Below are positions 41,707-51,404 of a stretch of DNA of 64,000 bases, one piece after another. The notes below the pieces were generated by a model that ran no database searches, was not told the origin of the DNA, and saw only the letters and a list, made by a program, of their open reading frames with translations. This DNA comes from Escherichia phage ECO07P1: sequence record OP172784. One strand, given 5' to 3'. The position numbers were made by a program, and so were the translations under genes. How positions within the stretch are numbered: position 1 is the first letter of the stretch; every line of letters begins with the position of its first letter.

Positions 41707-41733
41707 GGGGACCCTAGAGGTCCCCTTTTTATT
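41707..41733 (+). terminator. rho-independent terminator
   Basis: ggggacc-ctaga-ggtcccc then TTTTTATTT. Confidence 0.65.
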
Positions 41734-41756
41734 TCAAAAAATTTTTTCACAAAACG

Positions 41757-41787
41757 GTTTACAAGCATAAAGCTTTATGGTACTATA
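41757..41787 (+). promoter_or_regulatory. early promoter (duplicate of the 25373 cassette)
   Basis: aaaaaattttttcacaaaacgGTTTACA, 18 bp, tGGTACTAT; 34-nt -10/leader identical to 25393-25426. Confidence 0.6.
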
Positions 41788-41823
41788 CAACTATCAACTA
41801 CTGATACAGATTTGGAGAATAAA

Positions 41824-42792
41824 ATGAAAACTGTAACTATCAATAAGGGTATCTACTTCGGTAAAGAAATCTCTGGAACTTTTGAGCTCTTAGGCGAATG
41901 GTTCCCAGATAATGCTCCGGTAGATGCACAAGGAGATGGTAAAGTTTTTGTTGAAATTGACGGTAAACGTCGCGGTGTTTGGGTTTACAAATCAGATATT
42001 TCATATGATGGTGTAAAAGTTGAAGAAGTTAAAGAATCATATGAAGATATGAAAACCCGCATTAATAAAAGATTTAATGTTATGGGAATGATGACGAATG
42101 GTATTATTAATGGAAATATTCGTTCATTAATTATCTCTGGCGCAGCAGGTATTGGTAAAACGTATTCTTTAGATAAAGCTTTAAATAAAGCAAATGATAA
42201 TGGATACATTGAATATAAAAGCATTAATGGTAAAATCTCTGGTATTGGTCTTTATGAGCAGCTTTGGAATAATCGTGAAGAGAACTCTGTCCTTTTGATT
42301 GATGATGTGGATGTTTTCTCTGATATGGACATTCTTAATCTTCTAAAAGCTGCTCTGGACACTGGAGAGACCCGTAAAGTCTGCTGGAGCACTGCATCTT
42401 CTTACTTAGAAGAAAAAGGCATTGACCGTGAGTTTGAATTTAAAGGAACGATTGTTTTTATCACAAACGTTGACATTGACCGCGAATTAGACCGTGGTAC
42501 TAAACTTGCTCCACACTTACAAGCATTGGTGTCCCGCTCAGTTTATTTGGATTTGGGTGTTCACACTAATGAAGAAATTATGGTCAGGGTTGAAGATGTT
42601 ATTCTTTCAACTGACATGATGCAAAAGCGCGGTCTTTCTGATGAAGAAACTTATAAAGCATTATCATGGATGAAAGTCAATGTTAATCGTTTACGCAATG
42701 TTTCACTGCGTACTGCTCTTTATCTTGCTGACTTTATTATGACCGACAAAAACGGTTGGGAAGAAATTGCTGAGGTTACTCTTCTGAAATAA
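41824..42792 (+). CDS. AAA+/P-loop ATPase
   Basis: 322 aa; Walker A GAAGIGKT, Walker B VLLIDDVD. Confidence 0.7.
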   Translation: MKTVTINKGIYFGKEISGTFELLGEWFPDNAPVDAQGDGKVFVEIDGKRRGVWVYKSDISYDGVKVEEVKESYEDMKTRINKRFNVMGMMTNGIINGNIRSLIISGAAGIGKTYSLDKALNKANDNGYIEYKSINGKISGIGLYEQLWNNREENSVLLIDDVDVFSDMDILNLLKAALDTGETRKVCWSTASSYLEEKGIDREFEFKGTIVFITNVDIDRELDRGTKLAPHLQALVSRSVYLDLGVHTNEEIMVRVEDVILSTDMMQKRGLSDEETYKALSWMKVNVNRLRNVSLRTALYLADFIMTDKNGWEEIAEVTLLK

Positions 42793-42893
42793 TTCATAAG
42801 AGGACTTCTATGACAAAAAGGCAGTTCAGAAATAGATTATATGGACTGCCATCAAAAAGATGACTAGAATTAAACTGGTGAATGGAGGTAGTG

Positions 42894-43196
42894 ATGTTAT
42901 ACTCAAAGGCTCGTGAAATTTACGAAACTAAGATTAAAGAAGCTGTATTTCAATTCGCAACGACAATGCGATGGACAAATGACTGGGAGTATTCAAAAAA
43001 TCATAAGAAGCCCATGGTGACAAGAAAGGCTCATATGTTAGTGTTAATAGACCGTGAGCAGATTAAAGCCCGAGAAGCCCTCCAGAATCATAAAAAGGCT
43101 GCCTTTGAATGGTTTATGGATAACACTGCTCCTGAGACTAAGAAAGCAGTGAGCGCATGGTTCAGTGGAAAAAATTGTGAAAGAAGTTTCTTTTAG
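42894..43196 (+). CDS. hypothetical protein
   Basis: 100 aa from second ATG (SD ggagg 8 nt upstream). Confidence 0.5.
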   Translation: MLYSKAREIYETKIKEAVFQFATTMRWTNDWEYSKNHKKPMVTRKAHMLVLIDREQIKAREALQNHKKAAFEWFMDNTAPETKKAVSAWFSGKNCERSFF

Positions 43197-43198
43197 TG

Positions 43199-43229
43199 GT
43201 TTACAAGACTGTTCCTCTGTGGTACTATA
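43199..43229 (+). promoter_or_regulatory. early promoter
   Basis: GTTTAC, 18 bp, tGTGGTACTATACAACTATCAACTAC leader; SD ggagg. Confidence 0.6.
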
Positions 43230-43256
43230 CAACTATCAACTACGGAGGAACAGAAA

Positions 43257-43784
43257 ATGAACGCTAAAGATATTTTCAACTTGGTAAATTACAATGATGG
43301 TAAATTTAAATCTGAAGCACAAAGCAAGTTCTTTAACGACATCTCAATCGGAGGTGAAATCACTGTTGATGGAGGACAAATTTACAAATCCCGTTGGAAT
43401 TGGATCGTTATTATTGATGAGATTGGTATTGTAGAAATTTACAAGAATACGAATAAAAATCGTACATTACATTGGTCTCGTGATACTAACGAACAGTACA
43501 AAAAGGATAAAGCATCTAAATTATCTCGTGTAACTCAAGAAGATATTGAGTTTATCAAGAAAGATATTTTAATGTATGATAACTTAATTGCTGAAGAACA
43601 AGCTGTTATTGATAAATTTGATGAGATTAAAGCTTCTCGTGAAATTCCTGATTTTATGAAAGAATCAGTAAATGAACGATACTCTCTCATTTCAGAGCGT
43701 ATTGAAACTTACAAAAAGCAAAGAGCTGAACGCCAAAATACTCTTCGGAAGTTTGAAGAACGGTTAAAGACGGTACTCGCATAA
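43257..43784 (+). CDS. hypothetical protein
   Basis: 175 aa; charged helical C-terminus. Confidence 0.6.
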   Translation: MNAKDIFNLVNYNDGKFKSEAQSKFFNDISIGGEITVDGGQIYKSRWNWIVIIDEIGIVEIYKNTNKNRTLHWSRDTNEQYKKDKASKLSRVTQEDIEFIKKDILMYDNLIAEEQAVIDKFDEIKASREIPDFMKESVNERYSLISERIETYKKQRAERQNTLRKFEERLKTVLA

Positions 43785-43839
43785 CCGCTTTATACCAAGG
43801 ATGGTATAATGGTTCTAAGCCCTTTTAATTGAGATTATT

Positions 43840-44247
43840 ATGAAACAGTTGATAATTAAAAGATTGAATTTATTGATATGTTGTTTATGTGTAGTAGTTG
43901 CATACGGTTATTACGCAATTAATGATTATATGCATTATAAAGATTATGATGTTACTGTAGTTAATACCATTACAGGAACACAAGGAAAAGGGTCTAGTTT
44001 ATCGTTTATTGCCGTATATGAACTTAAAGACGGTTATAGATTTAGTGAATATATTTCCCCAGAGATGTATTCTTCAATAGAAAAAGGTGATAATATTACT
44101 GTAAGTTTACGTCCTTTCGACGTAAAACAGACAATGTTTGATAATATTGTTTGGTTCTTTGGGATGGTATTAGTTCAATCCGTGTGTGGCGCTTATGTAG
44201 TCTGTTCAATCATATTCTGTGTATTTAGTAAAATTGAAATTGAGTGA
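43840..44247 (+). CDS. membrane protein
   Basis: 135 aa; N- and C-terminal hydrophobic helices. Confidence 0.55.
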   Translation: MKQLIIKRLNLLICCLCVVVAYGYYAINDYMHYKDYDVTVVNTITGTQGKGSSLSFIAVYELKDGYRFSEYISPEMYSSIEKGDNITVSLRPFDVKQTMFDNIVWFFGMVLVQSVCGAYVVCSIIFCVFSKIEIE

Positions 44248-44254
44248 GGAAAAT

Positions 44255-45145
44255 ATGTCAGTGGTAATTAATAATGTCAATGCAGTAATTAAATCTTTAG
44301 TTAATAAAAAAATGATGAATGAATGGACTGTATTTCGTCGTGGAGAGCCAGATAAATTTTTTCATAGATTTAACCCAACTTTGGATTTGAATGTTATCGA
44401 CAAAGATGTTCATGCAGAAATTTTAGATAAGTTTAAAGTTGATATTGGATTTGGATTAGAAAAACATTTACAGCGAACAAGCGGATCTGGAATGAGTTTA
44501 TCTAATCGCATTATGAAAGCCCTTAATAAAATTGGAGCATTGTCTCGTATTAATGCGAGTGAAATTCTTCGTAATTATAATAAAGGATATGACCTTTATG
44601 GTCGACTAATGCCGAAATTATCATTCGATCAAATGATTGCGGATTTGTGGGAAAATCAACGACGATTATTAGCATTAGGCGCTCGATTAGCTAAAGGTCT
44701 AGATAAACAAATGATTTTTAAGACCAATAATACAGAAGACCTTAAATGCTTTAAATTTAGTATTCGTGGAGATGATTATTACATCAGAGCTCACTCTACA
44801 GATTATGTCAATATGGGGCATCATCTCTGTTTAGCTTTTGAAGTTTTAAAAGAAGCTGGAACATTAGAATATTCATCTGGTGCTAAATGCCCTATTGGTT
44901 CAAGTTGTATTTTAATTTATCGCCCGGATGAATTCAGTTCAACTAAATTGCCTACAAAACCTGTACCGGTTCGTAGTAACGAAAAACATTCTGAACAAAT
45001 TGATTATTTTAATAAGCAGATTGAAGAGCTGAATATTTCTATTCAACAATATGACGATGAAATTTTCAGACTATCTGGATTGAGTAGTAAAGCTAAATCT
45101 GAGCGTGAAAAGTTAATTAAAATTGTTGATTTACTTAAATCTTAA
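44255..45145 (+). CDS. hypothetical protein with C-terminal coiled coil
   Basis: 296 aa from ATG with SD gaggaaa; last 45 aa heptad-rich. Confidence 0.6.
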   Translation: MSVVINNVNAVIKSLVNKKMMNEWTVFRRGEPDKFFHRFNPTLDLNVIDKDVHAEILDKFKVDIGFGLEKHLQRTSGSGMSLSNRIMKALNKIGALSRINASEILRNYNKGYDLYGRLMPKLSFDQMIADLWENQRRLLALGARLAKGLDKQMIFKTNNTEDLKCFKFSIRGDDYYIRAHSTDYVNMGHHLCLAFEVLKEAGTLEYSSGAKCPIGSSCILIYRPDEFSSTKLPTKPVPVRSNEKHSEQIDYFNKQIEELNISIQQYDDEIFRLSGLSSKAKSEREKLIKIVDLLKS

Positions 45146-45153
45146 GGAACACT

Positions 45154-46182
45154 ATGAAAACTCGTTCTCAAATTGAAGATATGGTTCGTAATGCCAGCTA
45201 TACTCGTGATGTTATGACATTTTTGTGTGAAAATAATTTAGACCCTGATAAAGTTAATCGTGTTATTCATCACTTTAAGTATACGAATAGCAGTGAATGG
45301 GTGCGTAATTTTAGTAAAGCAGGGTATATTACACAAATGACGGCTCGTGAGCAGCTCACCGATTTCTGTAAAACTATTGATTATAAAAATCCTCTATTTG
45401 TTCAAGGCGTTGGTCAAAGTAAGGTCGATTTATCATCTGGATTTTTTAATCCAAATCATTATCGTATTGAATGGAGATTTATTGCTCTGTTCCGTAAACA
45501 ATTAAAGCAAATTTTGTCTACTGCTAGTCGATTAAAAGGCTCTGATATTAACTTAAAGAACCTGAAATTTGATGGTTATACTCTTCAGATGGAAGTAAGA
45601 CCATTAAAAGAAAATAATAGAACTGCACGAATTAGCTTTAAACCTAATACAAAAAATTCTCTTTCAATTTGCGAATGCCTTAAATCACAGTTAACAGAAG
45701 CATTTAAGTATATGGATGTTGTTGCCGCTGTTCAGTCTAAGATTTTACCTCGTTTTGAGCGAAATTGGGAACATACAACAACGTATGAACTTGATATGAT
45801 CGTTTCATTTAAATACGATTTTTTGAGAAAGGACGAAGTCACGCAAGAGAAAAAGCAGGAAGTGCAAGATAACTTAAATTTAAATTTATCCAATTACTCA
45901 TCAAACGATCCTAAATTTTGGATGTATAGTTCAGGTAATAAGGATGCATGGAAATTCAATAAAGTGAATTTTCTTCCTGATGAAAATCCGAGTCTTAAAC
46001 CTGTTGAAAAATGGCATGCTGATGCGATTGAGAAGTCTCTTAAGGCAGTAGATGATGAACTCGTTAAAGCAACTAATGAAGTGTTAGAAGCTGAAAAGAT
46101 GCTAGAAAAAGCTCAAGAAAAAGTCAAAAATCTTACGAAGCAACGTTCTAAACTGAACAATGCACTAAATGCACTAAACTAG
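45154..46182 (+). CDS. hypothetical protein with C-terminal coiled coil
   Basis: 342 aa; C-terminus LEAEKMLEKAQEKVKNLTKQRSKLNNALN. Confidence 0.6.
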   Translation: MKTRSQIEDMVRNASYTRDVMTFLCENNLDPDKVNRVIHHFKYTNSSEWVRNFSKAGYITQMTAREQLTDFCKTIDYKNPLFVQGVGQSKVDLSSGFFNPNHYRIEWRFIALFRKQLKQILSTASRLKGSDINLKNLKFDGYTLQMEVRPLKENNRTARISFKPNTKNSLSICECLKSQLTEAFKYMDVVAAVQSKILPRFERNWEHTTTYELDMIVSFKYDFLRKDEVTQEKKQEVQDNLNLNLSNYSSNDPKFWMYSSGNKDAWKFNKVNFLPDENPSLKPVEKWHADAIEKSLKAVDDELVKATNEVLEAEKMLEKAQEKVKNLTKQRSKLNNALNALN

Positions 46183-46212
46183 TTTACTTTGCCACAAGGA
46201 TGTGGTATAATG
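46182..46212 (+). promoter_or_regulatory. early promoter
   Basis: GTTTAC overlapping upstream stop, 18 bp, tGGTATAAT; SD gaggag. Confidence 0.6.
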
Positions 46213-46239
46213 TTCTTACTTTCTACTGAGGAGATTAAT

Positions 46240-47166
46240 ATGACTCGTAAACATTATATTGATTATTTTGATAGTCTTATTACTAAACATCGTAATTATC
46301 AGATAGGACACAGAGCAGTAATCAATAATATTCTTCGTGATTTTTTAGACTATATTGGGTGGGAAAACCATATTTGTAAAGATACACAAAATGCATATTC
46401 ACATTCTCTTGGTTCTTTGCTAGAGTGGTTCAAACGTTCCCGATTACTATCTTCTGTGATAGCTCGTGATAACATTAAAAACTTTATGAAGCCGAGCTTT
46501 ATTAAATCTGAGACATCTATAACTGATTTGGTTGAATTTACTATTGTTAACGATGTTAAAAAGACCCGTTTGGCTGATTGGTTATCTACCATTCCTGAAA
46601 CTAAATTTGCTGATAAATTTGCTTGTCAATTCAATGACCAAGTGAATATGCTTTTTAAGCATGCTCGCAAACTATTTACCGCAGGCGATGATCGTACAAA
46701 TAAAGTTCATGTTAAAGATTGGGTTACTGCAGTATTCAAACCAACCGGTAATGGTAACGCATCATTATCAATTGATATCCAGGTTCCTTATTATTACTCA
46801 CGTAATCTCGGCACCATGACAGCTAGAGAAATTAATAAGCATAACAAAACTATTCGTTCGTTGTCTTATAAACTCTGCACGATGGTGGAGATGATGGACG
46901 TAGTGGAAATGTATGATGAAACCGAAGATAATAGTTCAATGTTATACAGTTCACGCATTTTAATTAAACTGAAGAATCCTAATACATATAAGCCAGTTGT
47001 AAAAGAACCTAAAGTAGAAAAGGTTGATAACTTGAGCGAAGAACGTGAATACCTCAAATCTCGACTAGTTGAAGTTGAAGCCCAGATTGCCGAACACACC
47101 AAATTGTTAAAAGCTCTTAATGCAAAAGCAAATGGTTTACGCAATGCTATTGAGGTATTGAAATGA
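46240..47166 (+). CDS. hypothetical protein with C-terminal coiled coil
   Basis: 308 aa from MTRKHYIDYF; C-terminus EEREYLKSRLVEVEAQIAEHTKLLKALN. Confidence 0.6.
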   Translation: MTRKHYIDYFDSLITKHRNYQIGHRAVINNILRDFLDYIGWENHICKDTQNAYSHSLGSLLEWFKRSRLLSSVIARDNIKNFMKPSFIKSETSITDLVEFTIVNDVKKTRLADWLSTIPETKFADKFACQFNDQVNMLFKHARKLFTAGDDRTNKVHVKDWVTAVFKPTGNGNASLSIDIQVPYYYSRNLGTMTAREINKHNKTIRSLSYKLCTMVEMMDVVEMYDETEDNSSMLYSSRILIKLKNPNTYKPVVKEPKVEKVDNLSEEREYLKSRLVEVEAQIAEHTKLLKALNAKANGLRNAIEVLK

Positions 47167-47480
47167 AAAAGCGTCTATTAGAAGATATTGCAGCTTCAAG
47201 TAATTCCAGTCTAATTAAAATTATTATGGCTGGTGAAGAAGACGATATGGAAATGCGTGGAAAGATTCATGGTTGCGATGATTTAGACTTTAAACCTCCA
47301 GCCTGGGATGCCATTATGGTTATGGTTGAACGCCGCGAAAGGGCTTCTAAGAATGTTCCGAACTGCCCAAAATGTGGTACTGAACAGGTTCAATTAATTC
47401 ATTGGCAGACTAGTAATCTTCGTTATAAATGTCGTCATTGCAAACACCGATTTAACCGAGAAGAAAATGACCAAGCGTAA
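47163..47480 (+). CDS. zinc-ribbon protein
   Basis: 105 aa; CPKCG...CRHCKH four-Cys ribbon. Confidence 0.6.
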   Translation: MKKRLLEDIAASSNSSLIKIIMAGEEDDMEMRGKIHGCDDLDFKPPAWDAIMVMVERRERASKNVPNCPKCGTEQVQLIHWQTSNLRYKCRHCKHRFNREENDQA

Positions 47481-47709
47481 AGAATATATGGAGATTGCTG
47501 AAAAGGCAGTCCGTGAATTAGCAATAGCGTATTATAATGAACATGGTAAATTTCCTGATAGATACAGCGTGCTTAAATCTGCTTTAACTCGTTCATATAA
47601 AAATATGCTATCAGAAGTAAGTGATATTATATACAAACATAAAGAACAAACGGGCCAAAGTCTTGATTACGACGAGACTTTTAAACAAGTACTAGGAATT
47701 AAGGAATAA
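47467..47709 (+). CDS. hypothetical protein
   Basis: 80-aa ORF. Confidence 0.5.
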   Translation: MTKRKEYMEIAEKAVRELAIAYYNEHGKFPDRYSVLKSALTRSYKNMLSEVSDIIYKHKEQTGQSLDYDETFKQVLGIKE

Positions 47710-47710
47710 T

Positions 47711-47974
47711 ATGTTTAAAGTATATGGTTATGATAGCAACATCCACAAATGTGTGTATTGCGATAATGCAAAACGTCTCTTGACTGTGAAGAAACAGCCG
47801 TTTGAATTTATCAACATTATGCCTGAAAAAGGTGTTTTTGATGATGAGAAAATTGCTGAGCTTCTGACGAAACTAGGTCGTGATACTCAAATCGGATTGA
47901 CGATGCCTCAGGTATTTGCTCCTGATGGAAGTCATATTGGTGGATTTGACCAATTGCGGGAATACTTTAAATGA
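47711..47974 (+). CDS. nrdC: glutaredoxin/thioredoxin NrdC
   Basis: 87 aa; CVYC active site; matches remembered T4 NrdC. Confidence 0.9.
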   Translation: MFKVYGYDSNIHKCVYCDNAKRLLTVKKQPFEFINIMPEKGVFDDEKIAELLTKLGRDTQIGLTMPQVFAPDGSHIGGFDQLREYFK

Positions 47975-48186
47975 TGCTTGAAGGAACTGATTATATCCAT
48001 GACTACCGCGGAAGCGCGGTATATGTGGGTGATGAGGTTGCAGTTTATTATGGATATGGAACTTTGATGACAGCAAAGGTTATTCAAATTAAAAATGGCC
48101 GCGCTAAACTCGAAGTTTATTATTCTAATGGTGAAAAGTCTATTTCTAAATGGAAATATGGCGATTGCATGGTCAAACTGGGGTAA
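47971..48186 (+). CDS. hypothetical protein
   Basis: 71-aa ORF; ATGA overlap with nrdC. Confidence 0.5.
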   Translation: MMLEGTDYIHDYRGSAVYVGDEVAVYYGYGTLMTAKVIQIKNGRAKLEVYYSNGEKSISKWKYGDCMVKLG

Positions 48187-48188
48187 AT

Positions 48189-48497
48189 ATGATTTACGAT
48201 GTTGATGCAGTTCTGAGTGAAATCATCGAAGACCATGATGCATTTTCAGAAAACTATGATTTCGATTTTTCGGATTATCTTAAACCTATCGAAATAGAAG
48301 ACTGGGTACAAGATGGCAAATGCCAATATCGGCAGTGTGTTTATTTTAGTCCAAAACATAACGTTCATGTGTCTGTAAATGAATCTCGCTCAGGTTCTTA
48401 CCATTCTGACTGGTATTATGCAGTTCCGACTGTTGAACTAGTTGAGCCCCGTGAACGTGTAGTAACTCAGACAATACGAGAATGGATTACGCTATAA
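48189..48497 (+). CDS. hypothetical protein
   Basis: 102 aa from MIYDVDAV. Confidence 0.5.
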   Translation: MIYDVDAVLSEIIEDHDAFSENYDFDFSDYLKPIEIEDWVQDGKCQYRQCVYFSPKHNVHVSVNESRSGSYHSDWYYAVPTVELVEPRERVVTQTIREWITL

Positions 48498-48620
48498 AAC
48501 CTTGGTGGGCGGCTAGATGGGAAACAGTAGAGCCAGAGCCGGAAGAACCGGTTTACACTGATGAAGAAACAGTATATAATGAACCAACGATAAATGACTT
48601 AATTGATATGGAGATGGGAC

Positions 48621-49067
48621 ATGATTACAGTAGATAAGTGGTTTAGAATTAATCGTGCTGATATAGGGCTGTGTAATTACTGGCCGGAACTTAGTGCAGG
48701 TACTGTCTTTAAAGTTCGTGAACTTGCAAAAGAATGTGAAGATGATATAGAACCTGATACTGGAATTATTGAAATTGAACTTTCTGGCGGAAAGGTTATT
48801 AACATTTACGATAAGCCAATTACGTATTGGTGCTTGTGGAATACTGAATCAGTAGAAAATGGCGAAATTGAAGAAATCGTAGAACGAGTTGATCAAGCTA
48901 TTCATAAACCTAAAGCCGCTTTTCAAGGTGAACGTATTTCATATGCATTAGCTAAATTAGCTGCACAAGAAAATAACGATGGTTATGAAGGAAATTTGAT
49001 GCAAGCTGCGGCAGAATATATTGAATGGCTTGAAACTCAAATTTCTTTTTCTGACCGAGCGTTTTAA
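48621..49067 (+). CDS. hypothetical protein (position of T4 pin/49.x genes)
   Basis: 148 aa from MITVDKWF; track ORF begins at a TTG upstream. Confidence 0.5.
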   Translation: MITVDKWFRINRADIGLCNYWPELSAGTVFKVRELAKECEDDIEPDTGIIEIELSGGKVINIYDKPITYWCLWNTESVENGEIEEIVERVDQAIHKPKAAFQGERISYALAKLAAQENNDGYEGNLMQAAAEYIEWLETQISFSDRAF

Positions 49068-49116
49068 TACTTGAAAATAATAAATACCCTTATCTATTCA
49101 AGGTAAGGGTTTTATT

Positions 49117-49590
49117 ATGTTATTGACTGGCAAATTGTACAAAGAAGAAAAACAAAAATTTTATGATGCACAAAACGGTAAATGCTTAATTTGCCAACGA
49201 GAACTAAATCCTGATGTTCAAGCTAATCACCTTGACCATGACCATGAATTAAATGGACCGAAAGCTGGAAAGGTGCGTGGATTGCTCTGTAATCTTTGCA
49301 ATGCTGCGGAAGGTCAAATGAAGCATAAATTTAATCGTTCTGGCTTAAAGGGACAAGGTGTTGATTATCTTGAATGGTTAGAAAATTTACTTACTTATTT
49401 AAAATCCGATTACACCCAAAATAATATTCACCCTAACTTTGTTGGAGATAAATCAAAGGAATTTTCTCGTTTAGGAAAAGAGGAAATGATGGCTGAGATG
49501 CTTCAAAGAGGATTTGAATATAATGAATCTGACACTAAAACACAATTAATAGCTTCATTTAAGAAGCAGCTTAGAAAGAGTTTAAAATGA
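49117..49590 (+). CDS. 49: Holliday-junction resolvase endonuclease VII
   Basis: 157 aa; MLLTGKLYKEEKQKFYDAQNGKCLICQ...HLDHDH matches remembered T4 gp49. Confidence 0.95.
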   Translation: MLLTGKLYKEEKQKFYDAQNGKCLICQRELNPDVQANHLDHDHELNGPKAGKVRGLLCNLCNAAEGQMKHKFNRSGLKGQGVDYLEWLENLLTYLKSDYTQNNIHPNFVGDKSKEFSRLGKEEMMAEMLQRGFEYNESDTKTQLIASFKKQLRKSLK

Positions 49591-51404
49591 CAATTGAAAA
49601 AGAAATTGAAGGATTGATTCATAAAACTAATAAAGACCTTTTAAACGAGAATGCTAATAAAGATTCTCGTGTTTTTCCAACTCAACGGGACCTTATGGCT
49701 GGTATTGTGTCTAAACACATTGCCAAAAATATGGTCCCGTCTTTTATTATGAAAGCGCATGAAAGCGGAATTATTCATTTCCATGATATTGATTATTCCC
49801 CTGCTCTTCCATTTACTAATTGCTGTTTAGTAGATTTAAAAGGAATGCTTGAGAACGGATTTAAGCTCGGTAATGCACAGATTGAAACTCCTAAATCAAT
49901 CGGTGTTGCTACTGCAATTATGGCACAAATTACTGCACAGGTTGCTTCCCATCAATACGGTGGAACGACTTTTGCGAATGTAGACAAAGTACTTTCTCCT
50001 TATGTTAAACGCACATATGCGAAACATATTGAGGACGCAGAAAAATGGCAAGTCGCTGATGCGTTGAATTATGCCCAATCTAAAACAGAAAAAGACGTAT
50101 ACGATGCATTCCAAGCTTATGAATATGAAGTAAATACTCTCTTTAGTTCAAACGGACAAACGCCTTTTGTAACAATTACATTTGGTACGGGAACTGACTG
50201 GACTGAACGAATGATTCAGAAAGCAATTCTGAAAAATCGTATTAAAGGTCTTGGTCGTGACGGGATAACTCCTATTTTCCCTAAACTTGTTATGTTCGTT
50301 GAAGAAGGTGTTAATCTTTATAAAGACGATCCGAACTATGATATTAAGCAGCTTGCTCTAGAGTGTGCAAGCAAAAGAATGTATCCTGACATCATTTCGG
50401 CTAAGAACAATAAAGCTATCACTGGTTCATCTATTCCTGTTTCTCCAATGGGTTGTCGTAGTTTCTTGGGCGTATGGAAAGATTCGACTGGTAATGAAAT
50501 TCTTGATGGACGTAATAATCTTGGTGTTGTAACACTGAATCTTCCTCGCATTGCGCTAGATTCTTATATTGGAACACAGTTCAATGAACAGAAATTTGTT
50601 GAGCTATTTAATGAACGAATGGATCTGTGTTTTGAAGCCTTGATGTGTAGAATTAGTTCCTTAAAAGGAGTTAAAGCAACTGTAGCTCCTATTCTTTACC
50701 AAGAAGGTGCATTCGGGGTTCGTCTTAAACCTGATGACGATATAATTGAGTTATTTAAAAACGGTAGAAGTTCAGTGTCCCTAGGATACATTGGTATTCA
50801 CGAATTGAATATTCTTGTCGGTCGTGATATTGGACAAGAAATTTTAACTAAAATGAATACTCGTCTTAAGCAGTGGACTGAAAGAACCGGATTTGCTTTT
50901 AGTTTGTATTCTACTCCTGCTGAAAACCTGTGCTATCGCTTCTGTAAACTTGATACCGAAAAATATGGAAGTGTAAAAGATGTTACTGATAAAGGCTGGT
51001 ACACTAACAGTTTCCACGTTTCAGTAGAAGAAAATATTACTCCATTTGAAAAGATTTCTCGCGAAGCCCCATATCATTTCATTGCAACAGGCGGTCACAT
51101 TTCTTATGTTGAACTTCCTGATATGAAAAATAACTTAAAAGGCCTTGAGGCTGTATGGGATTATGCTGCACAACATTTAGATTATTTTGGTGTTAATATG
51201 CCAGTAGATAAATGTTTTACGTGTGGAAGTACCCATGAAATGACTCCTACTGAAAACGGATTTGTTTGTTCTATTTGTGGAGAAACTGATCCTAAAAAGA
51301 TGAACACCATAAGAAGAACATGTGGCTATTTAGGAAATCCGAACGAGCGCGGATTTAATCTTGGCAAAAATAAAGAAATCATGCATAGGGTTAAACACCA
51401 ATGA
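49587..51404 (+). CDS. nrdD: anaerobic ribonucleoside-triphosphate reductase NrdD (no intron)
   Basis: 605 aa continuous ORF; C-terminal Cys cluster and glycyl-radical region. Confidence 0.9.
   Translation: MTIEKEIEGLIHKTNKDLLNENANKDSRVFPTQRDLMAGIVSKHIAKNMVPSFIMKAHESGIIHFHDIDYSPALPFTNCCLVDLKGMLENGFKLGNAQIETPKSIGVATAIMAQITAQVASHQYGGTTFANVDKVLSPYVKRTYAKHIEDAEKWQVADALNYAQSKTEKDVYDAFQAYEYEVNTLFSSNGQTPFVTITFGTGTDWTERMIQKAILKNRIKGLGRDGITPIFPKLVMFVEEGVNLYKDDPNYDIKQLALECASKRMYPDIISAKNNKAITGSSIPVSPMGCRSFLGVWKDSTGNEILDGRNNLGVVTLNLPRIALDSYIGTQFNEQKFVELFNERMDLCFEALMCRISSLKGVKATVAPILYQEGAFGVRLKPDDDIIELFKNGRSSVSLGYIGIHELNILVGRDIGQEILTKMNTRLKQWTERTGFAFSLYSTPAENLCYRFCKLDTEKYGSVKDVTDKGWYTNSFHVSVEENITPFEKISREAPYHFIATGGHISYVELPDMKNNLKGLEAVWDYAAQHLDYFGVNMPVDKCFTCGSTHEMTPTENGFVCSICGETDPKKMNTIRRTCGYLGNPNERGFNLGKNKEIMHRVKHQ

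Noticed and set aside
42810-42863. 17-codon basic mini-ORF (MTKRQFRNRLYGLPSKR) with an SD, upstream of the 42894 gene
   Set aside because: Too short to support without conservation or expression data; possibly a leader peptide but not claimed.
49587-51404. Looked for a group I intron or intron-encoded endonuclease in nrdD
   Set aside because: The 605-codon ORF is continuous, with no frame break or GC-rich structured insert.
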